A DNA stretch of 64,000 nucleotides, taken from the NCBI GenBank assembly GCA_030550585.1, contig JAUQPB010000001.1:1-64000 (forward strand), read 5' to 3'. The stretch is from Thermoproteota archaeon (GTDB lineage Archaea > Thermoproteota > Thermoprotei_A > Sulfolobales > Ignisphaeraceae). Of the stretch, positions 51,193 to 61,919 are shown one piece after another. A program made the position numbers and the translations under genes. Under the pieces are notes generated by a model. It had not been told where the DNA came from and did not search any database. It saw nothing but the letters and a program-made list of their open reading frames with translations. Numbering within the stretch: the first letter of the stretch is position 1; each line of letters begins with the position of its first letter.

Positions 51193-52622
51193 TGCACCGC
51201 CACCCCAAGTCTAACACTCTTTAACCTTACATCAGGTCCCCCAAACCATACCGGAACACCTTGCATCGGCTCACCCTTGCCACATGTCCCAGCATAGAAT
51301 CTGAGCTCCTTCCCAACAGCATCTATGCTACTATAAAAGGATTTTGTTGTAAGCTCTAGAACAGGGTTTCTAACAAGCTTTGTCGGCTCTCCATGCTCAA
51401 TTAGATAAGCCTCTAAGCCAACGTATCTCTGGCTCCACCTCTCATCATCTATGTTCCACTCCATATAGCTTTTTATGTACACCCCCAGCTTCACATCCTC
51501 TAAGAGCTCCTCGAACTTGTGGTCACCTGGTCTTAGATATGTGTTGGCCATTCTCACTATAGGCTCGCTCGTATAGTCCATGGCTCTGGCAGCCGCATTA
51601 CTTTCAACACCAAATGTCTTTGCGGTTTCTCTATTATGCAGAAACTCGTTTATCAAACCCTCTTTATATAGGTAGCGGGGTCTGGCTGCAACACCCTCGT
51701 CATCGTATAGATAGAACCCGTAGCTGCCAGGGATTGTAGGGTCGTCAACTACAGTTGCATTCTCATTCCCTATTCTATAGCCGATCATATTTGGCTTTAT
51801 GAAGCTCTTCCCAGCCTGGGCAGCCTCTCTACCAAGTATCCTGTCAGCCTCACTTGGATGGCCACAGCTCTCATGAACTATTAGACCGACTATTTCACTG
51901 CCAACAACAACTGGCACACTATCCTTTGGCGGCTCTACAGCTGTTAGAAGTATCTCCTCAAGCTTTCTAACCTCATCAGCAGCAGCCCCAACAACATTCC
52001 ACTTCTCAAGCCATTCCAAGCCACCTGAAGCCCCTAATCCTCTAGCTCTCTGGATATAGCCTTTCTGCGGATGGTAAACAACTATGTTGTAGTCCATGGA
52101 TATTCTTGGAATAGAGCTCTCCACATAGGCCCCATCACTGTTAGCCACAATCTTCTCCTCAACCCACTCTACATAAGAAAGCGTTGCAACAGGCACCTTC
52201 GCCTCCCTAACAGAATTTGATACAGAGTTCCAGAATAGCTTATGCAAACCAATCTTCTCCTCAAAATCAATGTTAGAGAATTTCTTCAAGGGATTCACAG
52301 AGTATTTGACCCTGCCAAGCCTTGCCTCAGACAATTCAATAGGCCTCTTAACCACATTCCTATGCGTTCTCGCTCTAGCAATAGCCTTTTGAACAGCCTC
52401 TCTAACACCATCCCTACTCAAATTGTTTGTTGATGCAAATCCTAGAACGCCGTCGACTAGAACCCTTATTGCAATCCCTTCGCTTATCTCGCTATAAGCA
52501 GATATTAGCACCCCATTTCTAGAGCTCATACCCTGAGACTCTAGCCTGTGGTATCTGGCCTCAGCATATTTTGCCCCAGATTCCCCTGCAATCTGCAGGG
52601 CGTATAACAACAAGTCCTCCAA
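51189..52622 (-). CDS. tldD: TldD family metalloprotease
   Basis: HESCGHPSEAD, YDDEG, RMANTY, CGKGEP. Confidence 0.92.
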   Translation of the reverse strand: MEDLLLYALQIAGESGAKYAEARYHRLESQGMSSRNGVLISAYSEISEGIAIRVLVDGVLGFASTNNLSRDGVREAVQKAIARARTHRNVVKRPIELSEARLGRVKYSVNPLKKFSNIDFEEKIGLHKLFWNSVSNSVREAKVPVATLSYVEWVEEKIVANSDGAYVESSIPRISMDYNIVVYHPQKGYIQRARGLGASGGLEWLEKWNVVGAAADEVRKLEEILLTAVEPPKDSVPVVVGSEIVGLIVHESCGHPSEADRILGREAAQAGKSFIKPNMIGYRIGNENATVVDDPTIPGSYGFYLYDDEGVAARPRYLYKEGLINEFLHNRETAKTFGVESNAAARAMDYTSEPIVRMANTYLRPGDHKFEELLEDVKLGVYIKSYMEWNIDDERWSQRYVGLEAYLIEHGEPTKLVRNPVLELTTKSFYSSIDAVGKELRFYAGTCGKGEPMQGVPVWFGGPDVRLKSVRLGVAVQ

Positions 52623-52674
52623 ATTTTTGCACCAAGGTTAAGAATCTAGTTAAAAAAAGAATTTTTATTTTACT

Positions 52675-53514
52675 TTACTTTTTTGCCTCTATCAAAACTA
52701 ATTTGACTAGATAGAATGCAATTGGTATGAGAACAATTCCAAACGCTATTGCTATTCCTATTGAAAGCATCTTCAGCACATCGCCTACATAGCCATATCT
52801 ACTAAATATGGCTGCTAACCCAACTAGTATAAATGCTAGCATCACAATGAATTGAAGATATGGAGCAACCTTTGCAAAATCTGGATGCTCTTGTAGAATC
52901 ATTTTAGACACGTCAATAACTATTATAACACCCATTGCGATGGCCACAATACCTACAAGCAGAGGGTATATCATCTCTGATGGGAGTTTAAACAAGGCGA
53001 ATGCAACTGTTAGCATTATGGCTATCAAGCCAACCAGTATCACATTCTCTATCAAGCTGACCAAGTACTTATATGATTCTCCCCAGCCTCTGGAGAGCAC
53101 AGAGCCAAGATATTTTGATAGTAGTATAGATAGTATGGTGCCTAGAGTTATAACGGCAACACCGCCAATTAGATAGGGTATATAGGAGACAACAGAATAT
53201 ATGAGAGCACCTCCATCGCCACCAAGAGGAATGTAGCCAATGGCAACAACGAGGGACAAAGCTATGATGAAAGCCATTGTCAAGCCGCCAATAAGATTCG
53301 ACAAATCTAGCTCTAGCGTAGCAATGTTCTTACCAACATCTGTTTTCAGCAAAGGCTTCTCAACATATTTGTCGATAACTCTATTCACTATCTCGCCAAC
53401 TAAATACCCGACAATAACGCCGATGGCAACCCATATTAGTGCAGCAATCAAATTTGGTAGGGTGTCTACAAAGGATTGCCACAGTCTAGCCAGGGCATCT
53501 CCTGCACTACTCAA
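52675..53514 (-). CDS. TM-helix repeat membrane protein (MscS/CmpX-associated type)
   Basis: LPNLIAAL and YIPYLIGG repeats, multi-TM. Confidence 0.7.
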   Translation of the reverse strand: MSSAGDALARLWQSFVDTLPNLIAALIWVAIGVIVGYLVGEIVNRVIDKYVEKPLLKTDVGKNIATLELDLSNLIGGLTMAFIIALSLVVAIGYIPLGGDGGALIYSVVSYIPYLIGGVAVITLGTILSILLSKYLGSVLSRGWGESYKYLVSLIENVILVGLIAIMLTVAFALFKLPSEMIYPLLVGIVAIAMGVIIVIDVSKMILQEHPDFAKVAPYLQFIVMLAFILVGLAAIFSRYGYVGDVLKMLSIGIAIAFGIVLIPIAFYLVKLVLIEAKK

Positions 53515-53667
53515 CTAGTATACCCCCAGTCTAGCCATATTCTTTAGAAGGCTTTATAAATTTTTTGTCTATGTCTGTAAAATATCAGGTAGTAGAAATG
53601 GAATTGTTATGGCCTTAGCAGAGAAAACGGTAAGCAAATATATTTGGTTCGGTAGCGGTTATACATA

Positions 53668-53720
53668 TTGTGAAGAGTACCCCTGGGTCTGAACAGTGAT
53701 GAGAAGGCATTTGTCGGATG
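53668..53720 (+). ncRNA. C/D box guide sRNA
   Basis: GTGAAGA-12nt-CTGA-ACA-GTGATGA-GAAGGCATTTGT-CGGA. Confidence 0.72.
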
Positions 53721-53730
53721 GTGATGCTCT

Positions 53731-54297
53731 ATGGATTTTAGAGAGCTCTTTGATCTTATAGCATCTGCTTTTGTTGTCTTTGTAATATTCTCTCTTCCCT
53801 ACATTAATCCGCCTAACTATGAAATGCTAGTTTCCTATCTCCTCGCTACAGCAACTGCATTTGTTTTTCATGAGCTTGCCCACAGAGCTGTTGCTAGGTC
53901 AAAAGGTGTTTTTGCTGTTTATAGGGCTTGGTACCTAGGCCTCTTGATATCTCTTGTTCTTGCGATAGCCACTCGCGGAACGTTTGTCTTTATTGCTCCC
54001 GGAGCTGTCGAAATTTATATGCCGATCTATCTACCATCGATAGAATCTAGCATTGCTATCGCAGGCCCCACAACCAATGTAGTCATATCATTGTTATGCA
54101 TACCGCTATCTATGGTGCCTAGAATATCTGTGTATGCTCGTGTTGTGGGCTATGTAAACTCCTCCCTAGCCCTATTCAATTTGTTGCCTATACCACCTCT
54201 CGATGGATACAAAGTTTTCAGATATGATGTCGTTAGATGGGGTCTTGCAATGATTTTATCCATAGTCTCATTCATTATCTACATACTCTTTATATGA
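53731..54297 (+). CDS. Site-2 protease (M50)
   Basis: HELAH, AGP, NLLPIPPLDG. Confidence 0.92.
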   Translation: MDFRELFDLIASAFVVFVIFSLPYINPPNYEMLVSYLLATATAFVFHELAHRAVARSKGVFAVYRAWYLGLLISLVLAIATRGTFVFIAPGAVEIYMPIYLPSIESSIAIAGPTTNVVISLLCIPLSMVPRISVYARVVGYVNSSLALFNLLPIPPLDGYKVFRYDVVRWGLAMILSIVSFIIYILFI

Positions 54298-55120
54298 CCC
54301 TCATCCTCCTCATTTCTATGGAGCCGTCTCTAATCTCAACGAAGTACATCTCGCCATTGCCTAGCGGTTCGCCTCTCCAGCCAAACAGCTTCTCGAGGTA
54401 GTAGCCCACTGTTGAAGATGCTATGACCATGCTATCCCCATCTACTTCTATTCTTAGCAACTGGTAATAGTCTCTGTTCTTCTCCCCTTCGCCAGTTATG
54501 TAATTCAAAGAGAAGGATACCGCCCTATGGCTCGCCTCATCAACTATTATACCAACGCTGTTAAGAGATGTTTCCACAGCTCCAATCTCTATGACCCTAC
54601 CCATAGCTTTTGCCAGCGACTCTACATCTATTCTGTCAATGTTTTTCGCTATCCAATATGCAACAAAAAATGAATCGGCATAGCTATTCACAAGACCCTC
54701 CAATCCAAGTTCTCTTGCAAGCAGATTCTTATTGACAGAGCCATTGTGCGCAAACCACAGGCTGAGTTTTCCAGGTATGCTTATGTGGAATGGATGAGAA
54801 TTGAACACGTTTATAGGCTCTGAAGAAGTTAGTCTGCTGTGCATTATCATATGGATCCACTGTACATCTGTTGGAATGCCTTTGACAAATCTCCTAACAT
54901 CTTCGTCTAGTAGGGGTAGCGATGTTTTATAGTAGGCGAACCCCATTTCATCAAACTTCATGAATGCATATGCTGCCCCCCATCCATGGTTATGGGATCT
55001 CCTACCCCTTCTAACCCTATCGAGAACAACATCATGCTGTGTAGCAAGTTTAAACCCTTTCACAACCTTAATTAGATTGCCTGTCTTGCCAACGCCAACA
55101 AAATGAAGTATTCTACACAT
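54290..55120 (-). CDS. Class II glutamine amidotransferase domain protein
   Basis: MCRI N-terminal Cys, HNHGWG, HSR, HPF, HNG. Confidence 0.85.
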   Translation of the reverse strand: MCRILHFVGVGKTGNLIKVVKGFKLATQHDVVLDRVRRGRRSHNHGWGAAYAFMKFDEMGFAYYKTSLPLLDEDVRRFVKGIPTDVQWIHMIMHSRLTSSEPINVFNSHPFHISIPGKLSLWFAHNGSVNKNLLARELGLEGLVNSYADSFFVAYWIAKNIDRIDVESLAKAMGRVIEIGAVETSLNSVGIIVDEASHRAVSFSLNYITGEGEKNRDYYQLLRIEVDGDSMVIASSTVGYYLEKLFGWRGEPLGNGEMYFVEIRDGSIEMRRMRVI

Positions 55121-55175
55121 CCACATACACACCTACAAAGCTTTTGCATTAGCATAAATAGCCAGCTGTTTAATG

Positions 55176-56543
55176 CTAATAAATGTTCTTGGGCGCTGAT
55201 CTAGAGAGAAATTCGTCTATAAGCACTTGTATGGACGGCCCCTCAACTATTTTCATATGCCAGAACGCCCTCACCACAGGCTTGTTGATTTTTATAACCC
55301 TTTCTATTCTTGCTGGTGTTCCCAGCACAACAGCATCTGCAGGAACTCTATTTATGGTTTCTTCAAGATCTCTCAACTGCTGGGGTGTGTAGCCGAGGCT
55401 TGGCACCACAGGCCCTATGCCGGGGTAGAGCTCGTAAACCTTTTTTATGTAGCCAACAGCATAATCTCTTGGATCGACGACCTCAGCTCCAAACTTTCTC
55501 GCTGCCACATATCCAGCCCCATAAGATGCTCCACCATGCGTGACGGTTGGGGCGTCCTCAACTACTACAACACTCTTTCCTGAAATCACACTGGCGTTGT
55601 TGACCTCCACAACGAAATCTGCCTTGACTATATGAGCATCTCTATTTATCTTCCTCACATTATCGACGATTCTGCTGATATTCTCCTCTTTTGCCTCCCC
55701 AACCTTGGTTATTATCACAGCGTCGGCTAGTCTTATGTTGACCTCGCCTGGATATGCGCCAATCTCTATTCCGGGTCTTGTACTATCGGTTACGGTGATC
55801 CAGTACCACGGTCTATAGAATGGCCAGTCGTTGTTTCCACCATCCCACAGTATCACATCCCCAAGCTTCTCAGCCTCTATGAGGATTCTCGTATAGTCTG
55901 CACCAAGCAAGACAGTTGATCCAAGTTCTAGGTGGGGCTCTATCTCCTCCCTCTCCTCTATGGTGATGCCATGTATGTCCAGATCATCCAAACTTTTGAA
56001 CACTTGGACTATCTGCACCCCAAAATCTCTATATATCATGGGGTGCCTGACAACAGAGACCCTCAAACCCCTTCTTCTAAGCTCTTGGACAACAGCCTTT
56101 GAGACAGTGCTCTTCCCAGCTCCGGTCTTGGTGGCCGTAACTGCTATCACAGGCTTTACAGAGTCCAGCATAGTTTCTTTCAAACCTAGGATCCTGAAGC
56201 TACAACCTGTTGAGAGAACATATGATACTATCCTGCCGAGCTCCTCGTAAGTCAGATCGCTTAGACATAAAACGGCCTCGTCAACGCCATAGAACTTGAC
56301 TATATTCGGGAGCATGTCTAGGGGGTATATGGGGATGCCACTGGAATATCTATCGCCAGAAACAGCCTCGGGCACTCTTCTAAATTCTGCACCCGGTATT
56401 TGAGTAAACAAAAATGCTACAACCTCTACACTTGGATCCCTTCTCAGCACAGTTATGAAATTGTGTATGTCCCTGCCACCAGCACCTATAACCACTACCC
56501 TTCTAACCAAAACACGCCACCAGATACCAACTCTTGTTAGCAA
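55176..56543 (-). CDS. Predicted GTPase, cyclic 2,3-diphosphoglycerate synthetase-like
   Basis: GAGGRDIHNF, TKTGAGKS, RHPM, WDGGNND, PTVTHGG; true start probably near 56510. Confidence 0.85.
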   Translation of the reverse strand: MLTRVGIWWRVLVRRVVVIGAGGRDIHNFITVLRRDPSVEVVAFLFTQIPGAEFRRVPEAVSGDRYSSGIPIYPLDMLPNIVKFYGVDEAVLCLSDLTYEELGRIVSYVLSTGCSFRILGLKETMLDSVKPVIAVTATKTGAGKSTVSKAVVQELRRRGLRVSVVRHPMIYRDFGVQIVQVFKSLDDLDIHGITIEEREEIEPHLELGSTVLLGADYTRILIEAEKLGDVILWDGGNNDWPFYRPWYWITVTDSTRPGIEIGAYPGEVNIRLADAVIITKVGEAKEENISRIVDNVRKINRDAHIVKADFVVEVNNASVISGKSVVVVEDAPTVTHGGASYGAGYVAARKFGAEVVDPRDYAVGYIKKVYELYPGIGPVVPSLGYTPQQLRDLEETINRVPADAVVLGTPARIERVIKINKPVVRAFWHMKIVEGPSIQVLIDEFLSRSAPKNIY

Positions 56544-56625
56544 AGGTAAAATAAACTATTGCTGGAACCATACATCTAATAGCTAAGCAATCGCCCATAT
56601 CATATTGTGTAGCAAAGTTGCTTAA

Positions 56626-57381
56626 TCACATCTGCAACGGATGAACAATCTCTATGTCTCCAGCACTGAATGTGTAGTAAACCCAGTCGGGGTTGTGTCT
56701 AGTTATTTTCAGTTTCTTCACCATGGCTCTCCACAAAACGGCTTTGTTTTTATGCTGCGTTGTATACCAAATCTTCTCAGCTTTTATCACCCCATCTACA
56801 TTGTGTTCAATGCTTGCTAACAACTCCCTTGCCTGAGGTGTCGATGTATGTAGCGTTGCAACCGTTAGAATGTTTTTAGCCTTTGAGAAGTTTGCTCTAA
56901 TGACTTTTATGTGCTCTGCCAAATCCATTGTTTTGTAGAAACACAGAAACTCATTTAGAGAGTCTATCGCTATAAGGCCCCTGCTCTCTAGACCCATCTC
57001 ATTTGCAATACCTAAAAGCGTTTCAATTACATGTTCAATGTTCTGGGGGTTCACCTTGGCTATCACAGATATATGCGACTTGAAGTCTCTGTCTCTTATC
57101 CTCTCACTATATCCATCTACAATAAAAAACTGCTTCTTTTTAACATACTCTATAACATCTATTTTCAGATTCTCAAGCTGTAGAGCAACCGTTTTTGGAT
57201 CATCGTCTAGAGCAAGGTATAAAACGGGCTCTCCCAACTGAAGAACACTCCCAACAATTTTTGCAAGAAGCACACTTTTGCCAGAACCACTTTTGCCGGC
57301 TATTACAATGAACGAGTTTCTTGGTATGCCCTCAGGAAACATTGTTTTCAGCGGCTCCAAACCTGGTATCAGCATAGACAT
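56626..57381 (-). CDS. KaiC/RAD55-family ATPase
   Basis: GIPRNS...GKSGSGKS, IDSLNE, VDGVI. Confidence 0.85.
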   Translation of the reverse strand: MSMLIPGLEPLKTMFPEGIPRNSFIVIAGKSGSGKSVLLAKIVGSVLQLGEPVLYLALDDDPKTVALQLENLKIDVIEYVKKKQFFIVDGYSERIRDRDFKSHISVIAKVNPQNIEHVIETLLGIANEMGLESRGLIAIDSLNEFLCFYKTMDLAEHIKVIRANFSKAKNILTVATLHTSTPQARELLASIEHNVDGVIKAEKIWYTTQHKNKAVLWRAMVKKLKITRHNPDWVYYTFSAGDIEIVHPLQM

Positions 57382-57491
57382 GTGGAAGACCAGAATTTTA
57401 TCCCACAACAAAATTTTTAAGTTTATGAAGAATACTATCCTCATTATTTGAAATGTTGACCTAGATGGATACTCTACCGTGGTTGTTGTGA

Positions 57492-58481
57492 ATGAAGGGA
57501 ATAGTTGTTGACTCCATTAAAAAGACTTATATTAGTAAGGAGGGCTTTAGGAAGAAGCGTGTTGTCGAGGCTTTGAAGGGGGTTTCGCTAACTGTTGGCA
57601 GTGGAGAGATACATGCTCTTCTAGGGCCAAACGGAGCCGGAAAGTCGACTCTTGTCAAGATACTGGCAACACTTCTTCTCCCAGATTCTGGAAGAGCATA
57701 TGTAGACGGCTATGATGTTGTTAGAGAGGCTGAGAAGGTTAGGAGGGTTATCGGCATTGTATTAGATGTTTCGAAAGGTTTCTACACCTCACTAAGCGGC
57801 TACGAGAATCTTGTCTTCTATGCTCTTCTAAAAGGGTATTCCTATCAAGAGGCTAGGAGAAGAGCGAAAGAGGTTCTCGAGCTTGTCGGACTCTACGAAA
57901 TGAATGCCCACAACAGGCCCTACTACACATATAGCCTTGGGATGAGGGCTAGACTCTCAATAGCAAAGGCTCTTTTGACAAATCCGCCTGTTCTACTCTT
58001 AGATGAGCCGACACTCGGCCTAGACGTTGAAAGTGCAAAGGCTGTGAGGAAGCTGATCACGGATCTTGCCAAAGAGGGTAGAACAGTTCTTATAACAGGT
58101 CACAACATGCATGAGATAGAGCAGATAGCCTCGTCGATAACTATAATAGATAGCGGTCGTGTGATAGTATCTGGAAATCCATCAGAACTCAAAGCAAAGC
58201 TGGGCTTGATGCTCAAAGTCTCTACAAGAATAGAAGGTCTTCACACCCCCCAAATTCTCGAGAAAATAAAAAGCTTTATACCAATTGAAAAGGCTAGCAT
58301 AGAGCCCCTCGACAGCTCTACAAAAATCGTTTTCTACACCAAGGCTAGTAGAGAAGAGGTTGTGCAGAGCATTATGCAGATGCACAGCACACTAGATTTG
58401 AAAATACTTGATTTGGTTGTCGAGGAGCCGACGCTTGAGGATGCCTATATAGCTGTTGTTGGTGAGGGTCATGGTCATTAA
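57492..58481 (+). CDS. ABC-2 exporter ATP-binding protein
   Basis: GPNGAGKST, YSLGM, LDEPTLGLD, PTLEDAY. Confidence 0.93.
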   Translation: MKGIVVDSIKKTYISKEGFRKKRVVEALKGVSLTVGSGEIHALLGPNGAGKSTLVKILATLLLPDSGRAYVDGYDVVREAEKVRRVIGIVLDVSKGFYTSLSGYENLVFYALLKGYSYQEARRRAKEVLELVGLYEMNAHNRPYYTYSLGMRARLSIAKALLTNPPVLLLDEPTLGLDVESAKAVRKLITDLAKEGRTVLITGHNMHEIEQIASSITIIDSGRVIVSGNPSELKAKLGLMLKVSTRIEGLHTPQILEKIKSFIPIEKASIEPLDSSTKIVFYTKASREEVVQSIMQMHSTLDLKILDLVVEEPTLEDAYIAVVGEGHGH

Positions 58482-59292
58482 CATTCTAAGAGCTCTTACC
58501 TATAGGGAGATCGTGTGGTTCAAAAGATTCGCCTCTGACTACATTGTTTCGTGGATACTGCCCCTAGCCTTCTCACTAGGTGTAGTGTTTCTACCTGCAA
58601 CAATATCCGATATCAACACAGTTGTTGGTAGAATGAGCTCTATGTTCGACTATCAAATGGATTTGAAGACAGCCTACATGCTAGCACTTTCTGTAACGGG
58701 TATAGTGAACATAGTTGCCATAACAGTAAACGATGTTATCCAAACAATATTCTCAGAGTTTAGATTTATGGAGGTTGGGTGGATGATACTGGAGACCACA
58801 AGTCTAACCAGATATGGAATTGCCAACGCCATCGTCAGGCCAGCTATAATGACACCTCTAACAACATTGTATCTAGCACCAATCCTAGCCTATTTAGACG
58901 GTTTAAACGGTTTGACAACATTTGCGATACTTGAAGTAGCTTTCGAGGTGACGGCCATTGCCCTAGGATTCTATGCGACAGCTATAGCCCTTGTGCTAAC
59001 CTTTTACACGAGGATTTCAAGGCCCTGGACAATATCAAATGTTTTAGCGCCTGCCATATTGGCTGGTGCTGGTGTGTATATCCCAGTTAGTCTTGTGCCA
59101 GCTGTTCTAAGGCTCTTCGCATATACAACCCCTGTTCCAGAGTCTTGTGAAATAGTCTACCTGATAGCGTTGAGAGGGGTTCCAGGAGAGTTAATATGGT
59201 TCATGGCTATAGCCTCGTTTGCAATGACACTATATGTGGCTGTCTCTGGGCTACTGTCTAAGAGTGCCGACATCAGGGTGAGGAAAGGGTGA
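58456..59292 (+). CDS. ABC-2 exporter permease
   Basis: About 6 TM segments, GVYIPVSLVP, follows the ATPase; start possibly 58471. Confidence 0.8.
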   Translation: MLVRVMVINILRALTYREIVWFKRFASDYIVSWILPLAFSLGVVFLPATISDINTVVGRMSSMFDYQMDLKTAYMLALSVTGIVNIVAITVNDVIQTIFSEFRFMEVGWMILETTSLTRYGIANAIVRPAIMTPLTTLYLAPILAYLDGLNGLTTFAILEVAFEVTAIALGFYATAIALVLTFYTRISRPWTISNVLAPAILAGAGVYIPVSLVPAVLRLFAYTTPVPESCEIVYLIALRGVPGELIWFMAIASFAMTLYVAVSGLLSKSADIRVRKG

Positions 59293-60068
59293 ATATGAGG
59301 AGAATACTGCATGTGCTTTACATAGGATTTGTATTGTCTAAAATGCATATAGCAGGCTATATAGCATCTATTGTCAACTCTATACTGTGGTTCATAGTAA
59401 TGTTTGTTCCCACAGTAATATTCAGTGGATATCCTCTAGAGGCCCTATCCGTTCTCCTACCAGGCATATATGCATTAACAGTAGCAAGCAGCGCTATGTG
59501 GACATCAACCGAGTTTCTGAGATGGAATGTCTACCAGGGGCTAACCGACATGTATAGAGAGAACGGTTTAACAGTATTCCACTATCTTCTAAGCAACTCT
59601 GTAGTGGACTCTGTAGTGATTGGCACATCCACATACATCCTCTCAGCATATATAATGGCATCTTATCTGGGGCTTGGAATAGAGGCTGCCCTCCCAAAGA
59701 GCTACTTGTACCTCTTCCTAGCAATAGCCTTATCCATACCAACATATCTACTTGTAGGTTCTATAATCGGCTATCTAATGGCCTCAACCTCTATTAGCGG
59801 GTCATGGATAAACATAATCCAGATGATAATAGCCTTGGGTACAATAGTACCGCCAAAAACATTTCCAAACACATGGATACTACTTGCAAATCCCCCAACA
59901 ATTGTGGCAGAAATCCTTAGAATAGGATACAACACCAACACACTACCCCCAGACATTCTCGTAGCAATTGGTGTAGCTATGATATTTGTGTACACAGCTC
60001 TAGGCTACTTCATTGGTATGCTATGTGACAAGAGAATCGCTAGATATGGCCTAGAATACAGGTTCTGA
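59289..60068 (+). CDS. ABC-2 exporter permease
   Basis: About 6 TM segments, overlapping stop/start with the previous gene. Confidence 0.78.
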   Translation: MNMRRILHVLYIGFVLSKMHIAGYIASIVNSILWFIVMFVPTVIFSGYPLEALSVLLPGIYALTVASSAMWTSTEFLRWNVYQGLTDMYRENGLTVFHYLLSNSVVDSVVIGTSTYILSAYIMASYLGLGIEAALPKSYLYLFLAIALSIPTYLLVGSIIGYLMASTSISGSWINIIQMIIALGTIVPPKTFPNTWILLANPPTIVAEILRIGYNTNTLPPDILVAIGVAMIFVYTALGYFIGMLCDKRIARYGLEYRF

Positions 60069-60075
60069 TACTTGT

Positions 60076-61020
60076 TCAGTAATACCATGTGTCGTAGTAG
60101 AAAGGCTCGTTGACAAAAACCCCCGTTTCATATGCCCTGCAAAAACTTTTGAATGGGCAAACACTGCATCTAGGCTCATCATATCTACACACGCTTCTAC
60201 CAAAATACCACATGAAATCGTCTATCAGGAGAGGGTCAACACTACTAAGCCTTGACATCGCCTTATACGCCTCTCTAACAGCCAGGCGAATCAACACATC
60301 TTCGTCATGCGATATGGGGGAGCCTCTAACAGCCTTTTCGGATAGGCTATACTCAAGCTCTACAACACCGGTTCTCAGTGCTATCCTCGTCAGATGGTTG
60401 TCTACAGCCACATGCAGATTTTCCTTGTCTATGGGATTGAACAGACCTCTGTAGACTAGGAACTTGACTAGGAGAAAAATCTTCTTCTCTACAGGATCCT
60501 GGTACGCCTTGAACACCTTTAGCAGGTCTGCAAGGCCGTAGCCATTCAAAGACCTTATATAGTTTCTGGATAGCAAGATAATATTCTTTGGATTAGAGCT
60601 GTAGACCAGAATTATCTTCTGGCCCAAGTCGTTGAGCAGATGCGTTCTAAGCCCAATGTCAACCGGCTTGGCATCGCCTACAGAAAGCCACTTCGCCACC
60701 TCATCCTCTCTAACCCTAGCCAGATGCTCTGGACTAAAGAAATCTGGGTTGTTTCTATACATCTCGATCCCTAGCCTGTACAGCAGATCCGCGCCTCTAA
60801 GCCTCTCACCATCTATAATAGCCTCATAGGGTTTTCCAGGACGGCTCAGTCTATGATCCATTGCAACCATGGTCAGGAAGTACATCAGAACCTGCTCTAG
60901 AGGCTCATTCGATTTTGGGTAGAACCTAGAGTCAAAAACATTCATCTTATGCTCTTCGCTAACCACTCTAGGCAGAATCTCTGCGATAGAGGCTATCCTC
61001 CAGTTGACAAGAGTGGGCAT
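60076..61020 (-). CDS. HhH-superfamily protein with 4Fe-4S loop (queuosine-salvage-like/EndoIII-like)
   Basis: DPVEKK, VAVDNHLTRIALRTG, DDFMW, C-x6-C-x2-C-x5-C. Confidence 0.6.
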   Translation of the reverse strand: MPTLVNWRIASIAEILPRVVSEEHKMNVFDSRFYPKSNEPLEQVLMYFLTMVAMDHRLSRPGKPYEAIIDGERLRGADLLYRLGIEMYRNNPDFFSPEHLARVREDEVAKWLSVGDAKPVDIGLRTHLLNDLGQKIILVYSSNPKNIILLSRNYIRSLNGYGLADLLKVFKAYQDPVEKKIFLLVKFLVYRGLFNPIDKENLHVAVDNHLTRIALRTGVVELEYSLSEKAVRGSPISHDEDVLIRLAVREAYKAMSRLSSVDPLLIDDFMWYFGRSVCRYDEPRCSVCPFKSFCRAYETGVFVNEPFYYDTWYY

Positions 61021-61043
61021 GGTCCATCACCACAAATTTGACT

Positions 61044-61916
61044 TTACGCTGCCCTCTCCTCCCTGAAGTACACCTCTCCAAGAGCTTTTGGCATCGCAAC
61101 TTTTTTGCTTAGTGGAGTGGCATACACAATGACCACTACCGCTAGCGATACCATAAATGGTAGTGCATTTACCACATCTGTTGGAACTCCATAGAGAAGT
61201 TGTAGAGCGTATGACGATGTGTATAGATATCCGAATGCAATGGCTATGGGATATGCTATTAGGGGGTGCCACGAAGATGCCATTGCGAGGGTTATAGCCA
61301 GAAACCCGTATCCCATGCCCGTGTACTGTGACCAGCCACTTCTATAAATCGTTGTGTAGATGTAGGAGCCTATGGAAACCAGCGTGTATCCGATTATAGT
61401 TGCTATGTACCTTGTTCTCCACACCCTGACACCAGCTGCCTCAGCAGCTCTTGGATTGAATCCACAGGCCCTAATCTCTGTTCCAAGCCTCGATCTATAT
61501 AATGTGAACCATGTTAAAACCGCTGTTGCCACGCCTATCAGAGCTAGAATCGGCTTTCCAATACCTATTGGGACCAGGGATCTGCTCTTCATGTATCTAA
61601 GCCCTATTAGTGCTCCAACACCATAGAATGCTATGTTTAGAGATAGCCCAGTCAAAACGTGTGGTGCATGCAATACATTGATGAATGTTGCGAAGATTAG
61701 CGATAAAGCTATTGTTGATGCCAGCGAAATGAGAAGCCCTTGGACATAGCCAATGTTTTGAACGGCCACAAACGTTACCGCTATCGAGAAGGTTATTATG
61801 CCGTCTATCGCAAGGTTTATAACACCACTCCTCTCAACAACTATGTCTCCTAGGATCCACAGAGTCAGTGCTATTGCCAGCGGATCTGCTAAGATAGTTA
61901 GTATGGGCTCCACCAT
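61044..61916 (-). CDS. Nucleoside/sugar ABC permease
   Basis: ERSGVINLAIDG, RACGFNPRAAEAAGV. Confidence 0.9.
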   Translation of the reverse strand: MVEPILTILADPLAIALTLWILGDIVVERSGVINLAIDGIITFSIAVTFVAVQNIGYVQGLLISLASTIALSLIFATFINVLHAPHVLTGLSLNIAFYGVGALIGLRYMKSRSLVPIGIGKPILALIGVATAVLTWFTLYRSRLGTEIRACGFNPRAAEAAGVRVWRTRYIATIIGYTLVSIGSYIYTTIYRSGWSQYTGMGYGFLAITLAMASSWHPLIAYPIAIAFGYLYTSSYALQLLYGVPTDVVNALPFMVSLAVVVIVYATPLSKKVAMPKALGEVYFREERAA

Positions 61917-61919
61917 ACC

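Noticed and set aside
41814-52622. SagB-like gene and tldDE as a TOMM biosynthetic cluster
   Set aside because: No YcaO or precursor is adjacent, and these genes are common stand-alone genes in crenarchaea.
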